Part shown: piece after piece, positions 1 through 8,992 of the stretch | How positions within the stretch are numbered: position 1 is the stretch's first letter | How the letters are laid out: each line of letters begins with the position of its first letter | DNA from: Planctomycetota bacterium | GTDB taxonomy: Bacteria > Planctomycetota > GCA-002687715 > DRQF01 | NCBI GenBank assembly: GCA_036479435.1 | Contig: JAZGFI010000154.1 | Location: forward strand, 1 to 25,866 | DNA length: 25,866 nucleotides | Direction: 5' to 3' | Notes under the pieces: generated by a model | Seen by the model: only the letters and a program-made list of their open reading frames with translations | What the model was told of the DNA's origin: nothing | The model's database searches: none | Made by a program: the position numbers and the translations under genes

Positions 1-1729
1 TTCAAGTGAAGAAGAGGATACGCAATCATCTTGCTCGTGGACAGAGGCGGATTCGTGCGAGGTTGTCGCGACGGCAAATGAGTACGGCGCGCGAGCGCCC
101 CGTACTCGGCTCGGCGACGTGCCACTACGAGCCTGCAAGCCGTACACGTGCGATTGCGGCGGGCGGCATTGGAGCCATGCAAACGGTGGCGAGGCGCTCT
201 GGGCTGATCAGCGAGATCGACAAGCGGGTTGAGCTGTTGAAGATCCACGCTCCTTATCACGAGTCGGACCACGTCATGAACCTGGCTCTCAACGTGCTTT
301 GCGGTGGCCAGTGTCTTGAGGACATCGAATTGCGGCGAAATGACGAGGCGTTTCTTGACGCGCTTGGCGCTGTCAGCATTCCGGACCCGACGACGGCTGG
401 CGACTTCTGTCGTCGCTTCGACGAGGCTTCGGTCGACGCGCTGATGACGGCGGTCAACGAAGCGCGCCTCAGAGTCTGGAAACAACAGCCGGCCGCTTTC
501 TTCGAGGAGGCGATCATTGACGCCGACGGCACGCTGGTCGGGACCACGGGTGAATGCAAGGAGGGGATGGACATCGACTACAAGGGAGGTTGGGGCTATC
601 ACCCACTGATGATCTCGCTCGCCAACACTCTCGAACCGCTTTTTCTTTCGAATCGAAGTGGCAATCGTCCGTCGAGTGAAGGCGCAGCCGGATACCTCGA
701 TCGAGCCGTGGAGCTCGTGCGTCGAGCCGGCTTCCGGAGGGTTCGCCTTCGCGGCGACACGGACTTCAGTCAGACTGAGCATCTTGACCGCTGGGACGGC
801 GATGAGGTGCGGTTCGTGTTCGGATACGACGCACACCCGAATCTGGTCGCAAAGGCCGATTTGTTGCCGAATTCGGCGTGGAAGAAGCTCGGGCGCGATG
901 CCAAATACGAGGTCAAAACCGAGCCGCGGGCACGGCCCGAAAATGTCAAGGAACGGATCGTCAAGGAACGTGAATTCAAAAACATCCGGCTCAATTCAGA
1001 AGACGTCGCCGAATTCGAATACTCCCCCTCCAAGTGCAAGAACACCTACCGCCTCATTGTCCTGCGCAAAAACCTGACGATCGAAAAAGGCGAGGTCGCT
1101 CTGTTCGACGATATTCGATACTTCTTCTACATCACCAACGATCGCGCCGCATCGGCTCATGAGATCGTCTACCATTCGAACAAACGATGCGACCAAGAGA
1201 AAATCTTCGATGAACTCAAAAACGAGGTTCGGTCGCTTCGGGCTCCCGTCGACAATCTGATCAGTAACTGGGCCTACATGGTCATGGTCTCGATCGCGTG
1301 GTCGTTGAAGGCGTGGTTCGCACTGTTGATGCCGGTCTCGCCAAGGTGGCAGGACCGGCACCTCACAACCAAGTCGAAATTCCTTCGAATGAGCTTTCGC
1401 ACATTCGTCAATCGCATCATTCTGATGCCAGCCCAGATTGTCTCGACCGGCCGACGCTTGGTCTACAAGCTACTGAGCTGGACCCCATGGCAAGCAGACT
1501 TCTTTAGGACCATCGCGGCCCTCACCAGTCCCCTGACCTGCTAACTGCAACACACGATGCCGGGATACGGATGTCCCGGTCAACCGCGGTGCACTGCAAG
1601 GTGAAAGGAGCCACAAACGTGATAAATGGAACCCGACCGATTTCAACGTAATGCAGACGCGTTACGCCTCGACGGCAATCCTTGTCGTCACGCACCCAAA
1701 GTAAAAATGCTCGCTTGTTCGAGGTCTAG
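1..1729 (+). mobile_element. IS1380-family insertion sequence; left end outside the window, right end ...GCTCGCTTGTTCGAGGT-CTAG at ~1709-1729
   Basis: Carries the transposase at 6-1544, followed by ~180 bp of non-coding tail. The tail ends at CTAG (1726-1729), exactly where the neighbouring nucleotidyltransferase stops resembling its family. Confidence 0.85.
6..1544 (+). CDS. IS1380-family DDE transposase (512 aa)
   Basis: Motifs IPDPTTAGDFCRRF, IIDADGT, GYHPL, LRGDTDF, YFFYITN and RCDQEKIFDELK match the IS1380 (DDE_Tnp_1_4) pattern. GTG start. Confidence 0.92.
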   Translation: MKKRIRNHLARGQRRIRARLSRRQMSTARERPVLGSATCHYEPASRTRAIAAGGIGAMQTVARRSGLISEIDKRVELLKIHAPYHESDHVMNLALNVLCGGQCLEDIELRRNDEAFLDALGAVSIPDPTTAGDFCRRFDEASVDALMTAVNEARLRVWKQQPAAFFEEAIIDADGTLVGTTGECKEGMDIDYKGGWGYHPLMISLANTLEPLFLSNRSGNRPSSEGAAGYLDRAVELVRRAGFRRVRLRGDTDFSQTEHLDRWDGDEVRFVFGYDAHPNLVAKADLLPNSAWKKLGRDAKYEVKTEPRARPENVKERIVKEREFKNIRLNSEDVAEFEYSPSKCKNTYRLIVLRKNLTIEKGEVALFDDIRYFFYITNDRAASAHEIVYHSNKRCDQEKIFDELKNEVRSLRAPVDNLISNWAYMVMVSIAWSLKAWFALLMPVSPRWQDRHLTTKSKFLRMSFRTFVNRIILMPAQIVSTGRRLVYKLLSWTPWQADFFRTIAALTSPLTC

Positions 1730-2254
1730 CCGAGGAAGATTGGCCTCCACAACACCGGATCGAAGGAGGTGAATCCCCGTCAAGAGCACCCGGTAGGTGT
1801 AAAGAAGCGGCTTGATACGAGGCGGAGTGTGCTTTTCAAAAAGGGCCCGCTGCCCACGGGCGAACCCAAGATAATGGTGAGCATGGTGTTTCGTAATGCA
1901 GTTGGTCGCAATCGCTTTGAGGCGCTCGTGATGCTCTCCTCCGCGAAGGACGAGTGGTGAAAAGACCTGCTCTAAGACGTATCCATTCTTGCCAAGAATC
2001 ATGCCGAAGAACTTCTCGGCGTCGTGACTGACAAGGTCAATTTCGACGCCGTCATGCACCTCAGTACGATCGAGAGTTGCAGGCCCTTTGCTCAGGCCCA
2101 ATATTTCTGGCAGGGGCAAGACATGGCAAGCCCGAATATCGAAATCTGAGTCTTCGGAGGCAAACCCGTAGAGATGCGCCCCGCTCATCGTCGCGAAAAG
2201 CAAGGGATAAGGCTGACCTGCGACGGTAGACTCAACACAAGGTGGAAACCTCAT
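1726..2254 (-). pseudogene. RlaP/YcgL-family Pol-beta nucleotidyltransferase, 3'-truncated by the IS1380 insertion (ORF reads on into the IS to 1688)
   Basis: SGAHLYGFASEDSDFDIR is a Pol-beta G[SA]...DxD motif. NGYVLEQ, HHYLGFA and KPLLYTYRVLLTGIHL are also present. Family-like sequence ends at EANLPRL, and the last 12 residues come from the IS end. Confidence 0.8.
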
Positions 2255-3168
2255 CTGCGATCCACCATTTGCCTTCGGGCGTCAATCAGAAAAGTGTTGA
2301 TACGCCGATAGTCTGGCCGTTCGGGTAAAGGGGAACTCACGATCGCGGCATCAAACTCGACTTGGAGTCGTTGACGCCAAGAGTCTATCTCGGCCCAGGC
2401 GACCTCGCCGTTCTTGATGGCCAAAAGGCGAGCGCGGTGCTCGCCAACATCTAAGACCAACTCCCCAGTTTGCAAAGCTCCGATCGCCGAAATCAAAAGG
2501 CGAATGAGGTGCATCGCGTGCTTCCACTTGACCTGCCCAGTTCCTTCGATTGTCTTGTTGAGCTTTTTGAACTGAGACAGGACGTAGCCGTTGTAAGTTT
2601 TGTGAATAAAGCGCGACAGAAAACAGGACCGAAGCGATAGGAGCTCTTCGGCGATGGGAGTCGCCAGCTGCACCTGCGGAGTGAAAAGACACTCCAAGAT
2701 GTTCGGGTTGGCCTTAAGCGCCAGAACCAAAAACCTCTCGAGCTCCCAGTAACACTCGTCCTCGCCCTGACGCTCGATGGACTCCGGGATACCGGCTAAC
2801 GACCAATGCAAGCTCGATGGCGGCAAGAAAACCCCGCGGATATCAACATCTGAATGCTCGTCGTTGAGGCCGAAAGCCCTGGAACCGACCACGCAGCGGT
2901 AGATCACGTGGCGGAACAAGTCCGGCAATTCCGCGGTGCCCAGAGCCGATTCTTGGTGCCGACTCAAGACCTCGATATCGGCACTGGCCACCATCACGCT
3001 CTCGCCGTCAGCAAAACGAATACGGTAACGACCGTCCCCATCCGACGGCAATTGCACCACGACTGCAACTCCACCTGGCGGTCTCAGAAGGCGGCCAACA
3101 TCATCAAGAATGGAGCCTCTTGTGACCACCTGGGTTCCAGCTGGCAGAACCTTGGGAAGCTTGTCCAT
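2251..3168 (-). CDS. RlaP/YcgL-family Pol-beta nucleotidyltransferase with an extra ~75-aa N-terminal beta-rich (SH3-like) domain
   Basis: Motifs VGSRAFGL..SDVDIRG, LKANPNILECL, WKHAMHLIRLL and SPLPERPDY. The stop overlaps the next start (ATGA, 2254-2251). Confidence 0.85.
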   Translation of the reverse strand: MDKLPKVLPAGTQVVTRGSILDDVGRLLRPPGGVAVVVQLPSDGDGRYRIRFADGESVMVASADIEVLSRHQESALGTAELPDLFRHVIYRCVVGSRAFGLNDEHSDVDIRGVFLPPSSLHWSLAGIPESIERQGEDECYWELERFLVLALKANPNILECLFTPQVQLATPIAEELLSLRSCFLSRFIHKTYNGYVLSQFKKLNKTIEGTGQVKWKHAMHLIRLLISAIGALQTGELVLDVGEHRARLLAIKNGEVAWAEIDSWRQRLQVEFDAAIVSSPLPERPDYRRINTFLIDARRQMVDRR

Positions 3169-3373
3169 GAGCCCAGCTTAGCATGGCGGAGTTTCGACTT
3201 TCGTGGCCGATGGCGCTCGAGAGACCGAAGAACCCAAGTCAGAGTTTTTCGACGGCGCCCCGCAGTGCCGTTGCGGTGAAGGCGAATCGAATTGAGGGGA
3301 ATCGGCTGCCACGGCTCAGACGTTAATGTCGTTCGGCCCTTGAGAAGTTCATAACGATTGAGATGGTCTTGAG

Positions 3374-4931
3374 ATGGAATTCGCACGCAACATTTCCGGC
3401 CTCAAAACTCGGCTCCGACAGTGGCCGGGGTTCATGCTCGTCCTGGCTCTCATGATCGGCTTGGTCGGGGGTCTGGGAGCCGTGGGTTTTCGGGCCCTGA
3501 TTGGCAGTTTTGAAGGCCTTTTTTGGCGCGATGCGGCAGACAAGGTCAGTGCCATCAGCCAGTTGCCTTGGTATTGGATCGTGGCCATCCCGACTCTGGG
3601 CGCATTTGTCGTTGGGGGCTTGGTCCACCGCTTCGCCAAAGAAGCCAAGGGGCACGGCGTCCCCGAAGTTATGGAGGCGGTCGCGATCCACGGTGGTCGC
3701 ATTCGCCCCCGCGTCGTGGTGGTTAAGCCTTCGCCTCGGCGATCTCGATTGCATCAGGAGGATCTGTGGGCCGCGAGGGACCCATTGTCCAGATTGGCTC
3801 CGCATGGGGATCTGCCGTCGGCCAGTTCTTGGGGGTAGGGCCCCGACAATTGAGGACCCTCGTCGCTTGTGGAGCGGCGGCGGGGATCGCCGCTACTTTC
3901 AACGCGCCGATCGCCGGTGCGTTTTTTGCCACAGAGGTCATCCTCGGCGAATTCAGCGCCAGAAACTTCACACCCGTGGTTATCTCTTCGGTCGCGGCGA
4001 CCGTGGTCGGGCACGCCTTCTTTGGCGACCTCCCCGCCTTTGTTCTCCCGGCCTACGAACTCCGCCATCCCATGGAATTGATCGCCTATGTAGTGCTCGG
4101 CATCCTCGCCGCGGTCGTGGCCACCAGCTTCATTCATCTTCTCCATTTCTCCGAAGACGTCTTCGAAAAGTCGCGACTCGTTCCCTCGGTACGGGCGGCC
4201 TTCGGAGGGCTTTTGGTGGGTTGCATCGCCCTTTTCTTCCCCGACGTTTTCGGCTTAGGCTACGCCGCCATCGAAAGCGCGCTGGCCGGTGGGACCACGA
4301 CGTTCATCTTGCTTTCTCTGTTGGGAGTAAAGTCACTCGCGACTTGCATCACGCTTGGCTCCGGCGGGTCCGGTGGCATCTTCGCTCCCTCCCTTTTTCT
4401 CGGCGCTATGACCGGCGGCTTAGTCGGTGCCGCGGTGCAACTGGCCTTCCCGGGCCACGTGGCCCCGCCCGGTTCCTACGCGCTGGTCGGCATGGCCGCC
4501 GTGGTTGCAGCCACGACTCACGCGCCGATGTCGGCAATTTTCATTCTCTTTGAGTTGACAAACGACTACCAGCTCATTCTCCCGCTCATGACCACTTGCG
4601 TCTTGGCGACGCTCTTTGCCGGCCGCCTCAACAAGGACTCGATTTACACCGCGAAACTCCGCCGCCGCGGCATCAACATTGCTGGCGGTCAAGTTGTCGA
4701 CCTACTCCGCGACGACCAAGTGCGAGAGATCGTGTCGCAAGCCGCCACCACGGTTCTGCCCTCAGCTGACATCCCGACCCTCGAGCAGAACATCATGACG
4801 TCGGCTACCGCGATGAATTCCCCGTCGTTGATAAGGGCAAATGGAAAGGCGTCGTGCGTATTCGAGAGATCATGTCTCGTTATCGCAAGGCGCTCACCAA
4901 GCTCGAGATTGGCTCAAACAAGCCGAGCTAA
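3374..4931 (+). pseudogene. CLC-family Cl-/H+ antiporter with C-terminal CBS region, disrupted at ~3727 and ~4802
   Basis: One frame gives GHGVPEV...VVVK. A -1 shift at 3727 (AAG/GCC share one G) restores AFASAISIASGGSVGREGP...FNAPIAG...GGIFAP...SIY. At ~4803 a third frame gives GYRDEFPVVDKGKWKGVVRIREIMSRYRKAL...* (TAA 4929-4931), a CBS C-terminal half. Confidence 0.85.
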
Positions 4932-5290
4932 CCGCGCGCGATCAAGACACCGGACACGCGAGGGTTGTTCCGAATTGTGAGTGTCAGGACTGCTTTCTGC
5001 GGAGACTTCGCGAAGACACCTGCCCACTACTCTTGCTCGCACCAGTGCGCAGTGAAGAGCCCGAGCCGCTAAGTCTTGATAGTCCCTCGTCTCGCTCATC
5101 CAATCACTCGTTCCTGCGTCCCAACTCAGCCGTCGTATCCAAACGAGCGAGGAAATGACGATTGAAGCCTAGGTGAAACCCGCCAACTTCGGCCAAAGTG
5201 GCCCCGCAAGAATCGTCAGGCTGCGAAGCTCCATGAGTCTTGCGGCCTTTTTGGCCATGGATGGGCCCGGGCGAGGAGCTGGCACGGTGG

Positions 5291-5941
5291 CTATAGACTA
5301 AGGACAAGGAAAAGAACGAGCCAGATAAAGCCCACAAAGTGCCAGAACATGGCGGCGTTGTCGACGATTTCGTGGTCGGCACGGCGGAACACGCTCCACA
5401 AGGCGAAGGCAAGATAGGCGAGGCCGCCGAGAACATGAGCGACGTGAAGGGCGGTTAGTGCGAAGTAACTTGAGGTGAAGCGGTTGCCGCCGAGGCCCAG
5501 CCCAGCATCCAGGAGGCGGTACCAAAACCAAGTTTGCATGACGCAAAAGAGCGCGCCGAAAGTGATAGCCACGCCGAAGCAGAGAAAAAACCGCTGCCGC
5601 GCGCCGCGACGGATCGCCCCCTGGCCGAGCCCTACGCTAAGGCTAGAGAACGCGATGATCAGGGTTCCGTAGCCCATTCCCTTGGGGAGTCTCGCCCCGC
5701 CACTCGGCGGCCAAGTGTCCGCATCGAGCCGCATGAAAACGTAGGTTGCGATGAATGCAAAAAAGATCATGCCGACTCCGGCCATGACCAACCACACCCC
5801 GAGTCGACCGGAGAAAAACTCAGCCTCGGGCTCCGAGCTCCCTGAGTCGCCTCCGCCTCCTCCACCGCCGTTGTCGTCGGGCGGCCAGACCGGCGGGATG
5901 TCGTCGAGACGTGGGCGATCCAGAGTCTTCGTCGAATTCAT
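5291..5941 (-). CDS. Heme-copper (cytochrome c) oxidase subunit III family protein, short ~5-TM form
   Basis: Motifs YFALTALHVAHVLGG and FWHFVGFIW, five hydrophobic segments and an N-terminal Gly7 linker. Confidence 0.88.
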   Translation of the reverse strand: MNSTKTLDRPRLDDIPPVWPPDDNGGGGGGGDSGSSEPEAEFFSGRLGVWLVMAGVGMIFFAFIATYVFMRLDADTWPPSGGARLPKGMGYGTLIIAFSSLSVGLGQGAIRRGARQRFFLCFGVAITFGALFCVMQTWFWYRLLDAGLGLGGNRFTSSYFALTALHVAHVLGGLAYLAFALWSVFRRADHEIVDNAAMFWHFVGFIWLVLFLVLSL

Positions 5942-6077
5942 CCTGGCGATCTCCGGAAGTGTCTTTTCTCAACGAGCACACCCCACTATCCTAGTCCGTA
6001 TGCGACGCGACAACGACAATGCTCAAAAAGCCGCCGACAGTAGTAACCGCAACCCAGACTCGTCCGGGGACTCTGCA

Positions 6078-6512
6078 ATGGGTTCGTCCTGGCTACTGGC
6101 AGGACTCGGCCTGCTGCTGGGCGCGCTTAGCTGCGGCGATTCCTCGCCAAGGGAATCTCAGGAACAAAAGGCAGCCGTCGCGACGGCGTTGGCACCACCT
6201 CCCGAGTGGGGGCCCGGCGCCGCGCCCATAATCGACGTCCTGCGCCTAAGCGAGGGCTTACAGGTTCGGGTGACCGTCAACAGACCGGTGAACGTGAACG
6301 GCCGACTATGCGAAATCGTCTTGCTATCGGATAGCGGAGCGCTTATCGCGCGCCAAGGTTTGAACGCGGGAGCCGGCCGCGGCGGGGCCGACGGGAAGCC
6401 CGCGTTCGCCCAAACCGCAGTCTTTTTGATCGCGAACGAGTATTCCATCCTGATCGCACGAGTTGGCGATGACCAGGGCCAACACTGGGAAAGCCGGCTT
6501 AACCTCGAATGA
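6078..6512 (+). CDS. Hypothetical lipoprotein (144 aa)
   Basis: ATG 6078 begins MGSSWLLAGLGLLLGALSC, a lipobox-like signal followed by a beta-rich domain. The longer ORF from 5751 overlaps the oxidase gene and is unlikely. Confidence 0.65.
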   Translation: MGSSWLLAGLGLLLGALSCGDSSPRESQEQKAAVATALAPPPEWGPGAAPIIDVLRLSEGLQVRVTVNRPVNVNGRLCEIVLLSDSGALIARQGLNAGAGRGGADGKPAFAQTAVFLIANEYSILIARVGDDQGQHWESRLNLE

Positions 6513-6690
6513 ACCAGTCGAGGGCCGAGTCCTTTAGGCCTCAATTCGTGCCCTCCGGTCGCCTCAGAGACCCCCGAGACGATCTAATTGGTACCGACCT
6601 TTAAAAAAGCTAAAAGATTGAGAAATCCCTGCGGCATTCGCCCCGCGATTTCGCCCCCCTTCGAGACCCGGTACCAAGGACACCCAGCGC

Positions 6691-8973
6691 GTGAATCAGC
6701 CGAGCAAGCGGACTAAAGTCAAGCTTCGCGGGGGCCTATTGGCCCCCGAGCGCAAACAGATGCCCACCCTGTTTTCGCTCATCATCGCTTGGTTCACGCT
6801 GACGACCGCAGCGCTCGTCTTAGTCCCCTACGCGATATTCCGCCAAACCGATTCCTACTTCACCGATGGCAACAACGTGCTGTTTTGGTCCGCGATCTGC
6901 GCGATCTCAACGGCGCACGGCGCGATGGCCTTCATGCTCGGTTACCGCAAGGGTGGGCAAATCTCCAACTTCTTTTGGGGCGCTTTGTTGATGCCGCTGG
7001 GCCTCATCGTGGTCAGCATGCTCAACAACAAGCGGCCGGATCGCGACCCGCAACCGGCACGCGGATGGGTCAAATCCCTCGACCGGGGCACCTTTGCTTT
7101 CGGAAACCTGTGGTGGGGAATTGCTCAGCTGTTCTTGATGTTCGCGGTTTTGATTCGGGCCACGGTTTACGAAAGCCAAGTTGGCGGTGGCACCGGAAAT
7201 GTCGCGGCTTATGCACGGTTCTATAACGCGACCTGGTTCGGCCTGATCTTCGTGTCATTCTTCATCACTCTTTTCTGCGCGACGATGCGCAAGTATCCAT
7301 TCCGCATCTCGCAGATCGGGTGGCTTTGTACTCACACGGGACTACTGATTCTCGTCATCGGAAGCCTCACTCGCTACTGGGGGATGTACACCGGATTTGT
7401 CCGCGTCATGGAGGGCGAAACCGTCTCCTCTGTCGATGATCGCGACGTGCGCGAGTTGCAAGTAGGCATCCCCGCGCTCGGGTACCAGAAGAACTTCCGC
7501 GTCGAAACCGACCATGACCCCGTCAACAGCAGCGAGAAGCAGACGATTGCGTTCGAAGCCAAAAAGAACGGTGTCAGCCACGAGTTCGAGATCGAACTCG
7601 ACCGTTACTACGCGAAGGCCGCTTTCTTCAGCGAATTGTCCGGGCTTCCGCCGGCGGACAAGCCGACCGCGGTGGCCGAGCTCAAACTCCAAGGCAAGGG
7701 CGGCAAGCCGCAAATAATTCGGCTCCACGAGCAGCGCCAACCCGGACAAGACATCATGGGCTTGCTCAAGATCCAGCTGTTGCGCGCCACTTCGGCGCAC
7801 CACCGCGACAGCTTGACTTGGTCCTACCCGCCCGGCTCGACGCAGCGCGGTGCCCTCGTCGTTAAAAAAGATGGCGACGTGCTGCTGCGGATTCCGATCT
7901 TGCCGGGGCCGCGCGGAGCGGATCCGTCGCAGGGTGCCCGAACTGACACGAAACACGTGTTGGAAGGTGGAGTGTTTAGCATCTTCGTCGATCGCTACTT
8001 CTCGCAACTCTCCGCACGGGAACCCGGTGACTTCTACGACGCGGCTCCCGGCCAAGCGATCGCGCCCGGCATCACCTTTAGGATCGACGGGCCCAACGGC
8101 AGTAGTGAGAACCACTCCGCACGATCGGATGGGTTTTGGTTTAACTCCGATACGAACAAGCCGAGCGACAGTCAGCTTGACTTTGTGTTCGAATACCAAT
8201 GCAGAGCGTCAAATCCACTGCCCGCCAGCACGATCGCGGTGATCGTGGGCCCCGGAGACGAACGCCATGTCGCGATCTCCGACGGTCGCCGGCAGGCGCG
8301 CCTTGAGCCTTTCAAGGAAGGCGCGACCTATCGCTTTTCGAAGACGTCGCCCTTCGCCATCGAGGCCGTCGCCTGCTTTGCCAACGGCACTATCCGCGAG
8401 GGGGTTCGCGAGACCGATCTCGACACAGGGTTCCCGGCAGTTCGCGCCACCGTGAAATACGGTGCAAAAAAGGTGAAAAAGTGGATTCCGGTTGGCTTGA
8501 TTCGCTCCATGCCTTTTCAGTTCGATGACACCATCATCACCCTGAAATACGAACCGCGCAAACGCGACTTGGGTTTTTCGATTTCGCTGCTGGACTTCCG
8601 TGAATTTGACTACGCGAATAGCACCAAGCCTGCGAAGTACGAGTCGAACGTCATCCTTCACGACCCCGCTGAGCAAATCGAAGAGCGCATTTTGATCGAC
8701 ATGAATAACCCTTTGGGCTACAAAGGTTATCGCTTCTTCAATTCACGACCACTCACCAGCGATCGCAGCAAAAAACGCGGCATCGGTTTTTCCGTGTCCC
8801 GCGATCCCGGCTACGCGATCTTGCTCTTGGGCAGTTTCATTACCGCGATCGGCCTGATGACCGTGTTCTTTTTCAAGCCAAGACTGCGCCGCATCGAATC
8901 GCGCCGCAGCGCCAAGAAAAAAACTGCAAACACCAAGAGCGCCGATCAATCCGGCACCCCGCAACCCGCCTAA
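6691..8973 (+). CDS. resB: ResB/Ccs1-like cytochrome c biogenesis protein (system II), with extra N-terminal TM segments
   Basis: FYNATWF...GWLCTHTGLLILVIG (conserved His), a large periplasmic domain, LLDF...YES.V...IDMNNPLGYKGYRFF, and SRDPG plus a C-terminal TM. AAGGA lies upstream of GTG 6691; an alternative ATG is at 6760. Confidence 0.85.
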   Translation: MNQPSKRTKVKLRGGLLAPERKQMPTLFSLIIAWFTLTTAALVLVPYAIFRQTDSYFTDGNNVLFWSAICAISTAHGAMAFMLGYRKGGQISNFFWGALLMPLGLIVVSMLNNKRPDRDPQPARGWVKSLDRGTFAFGNLWWGIAQLFLMFAVLIRATVYESQVGGGTGNVAAYARFYNATWFGLIFVSFFITLFCATMRKYPFRISQIGWLCTHTGLLILVIGSLTRYWGMYTGFVRVMEGETVSSVDDRDVRELQVGIPALGYQKNFRVETDHDPVNSSEKQTIAFEAKKNGVSHEFEIELDRYYAKAAFFSELSGLPPADKPTAVAELKLQGKGGKPQIIRLHEQRQPGQDIMGLLKIQLLRATSAHHRDSLTWSYPPGSTQRGALVVKKDGDVLLRIPILPGPRGADPSQGARTDTKHVLEGGVFSIFVDRYFSQLSAREPGDFYDAAPGQAIAPGITFRIDGPNGSSENHSARSDGFWFNSDTNKPSDSQLDFVFEYQCRASNPLPASTIAVIVGPGDERHVAISDGRRQARLEPFKEGATYRFSKTSPFAIEAVACFANGTIREGVRETDLDTGFPAVRATVKYGAKKVKKWIPVGLIRSMPFQFDDTIITLKYEPRKRDLGFSISLLDFREFDYANSTKPAKYESNVILHDPAEQIEERILIDMNNPLGYKGYRFFNSRPLTSDRSKKRGIGFSVSRDPGYAILLLGSFITAIGLMTVFFFKPRLRRIESRRSAKKKTANTKSADQSGTPQPA

Positions 8974-8992
8974 ACCTGAGGAATTCTGAGTC

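Noticed and set aside
3169..3390. Fluoride (crcB) riboswitch upstream of the CLC gene
   Set aside because: GATGG words occur but lack the flanking stem and downstream conserved segment. The protein has GHGVP/GREGP rather than the GREGT signature of fluoride-type CLCs.
3720..3735. Programmed -1 frameshift in the CLC gene
   Set aside because: No slippery heptamer at the shift, and a second independent disruption exists downstream.
4932..5290. Small ORFs between the CLC and oxidase subunit III genes
   Set aside because: No recognisable motifs or convincing RBS, and they overlap neighbouring genes.
5751..6077. Long N-terminal extension of the lipoprotein ORF with poly-Pro
   Set aside because: It is the antisense shadow of the Gly run in the oxidase subunit III gene. 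The lipoprotein signal starts at 6078.
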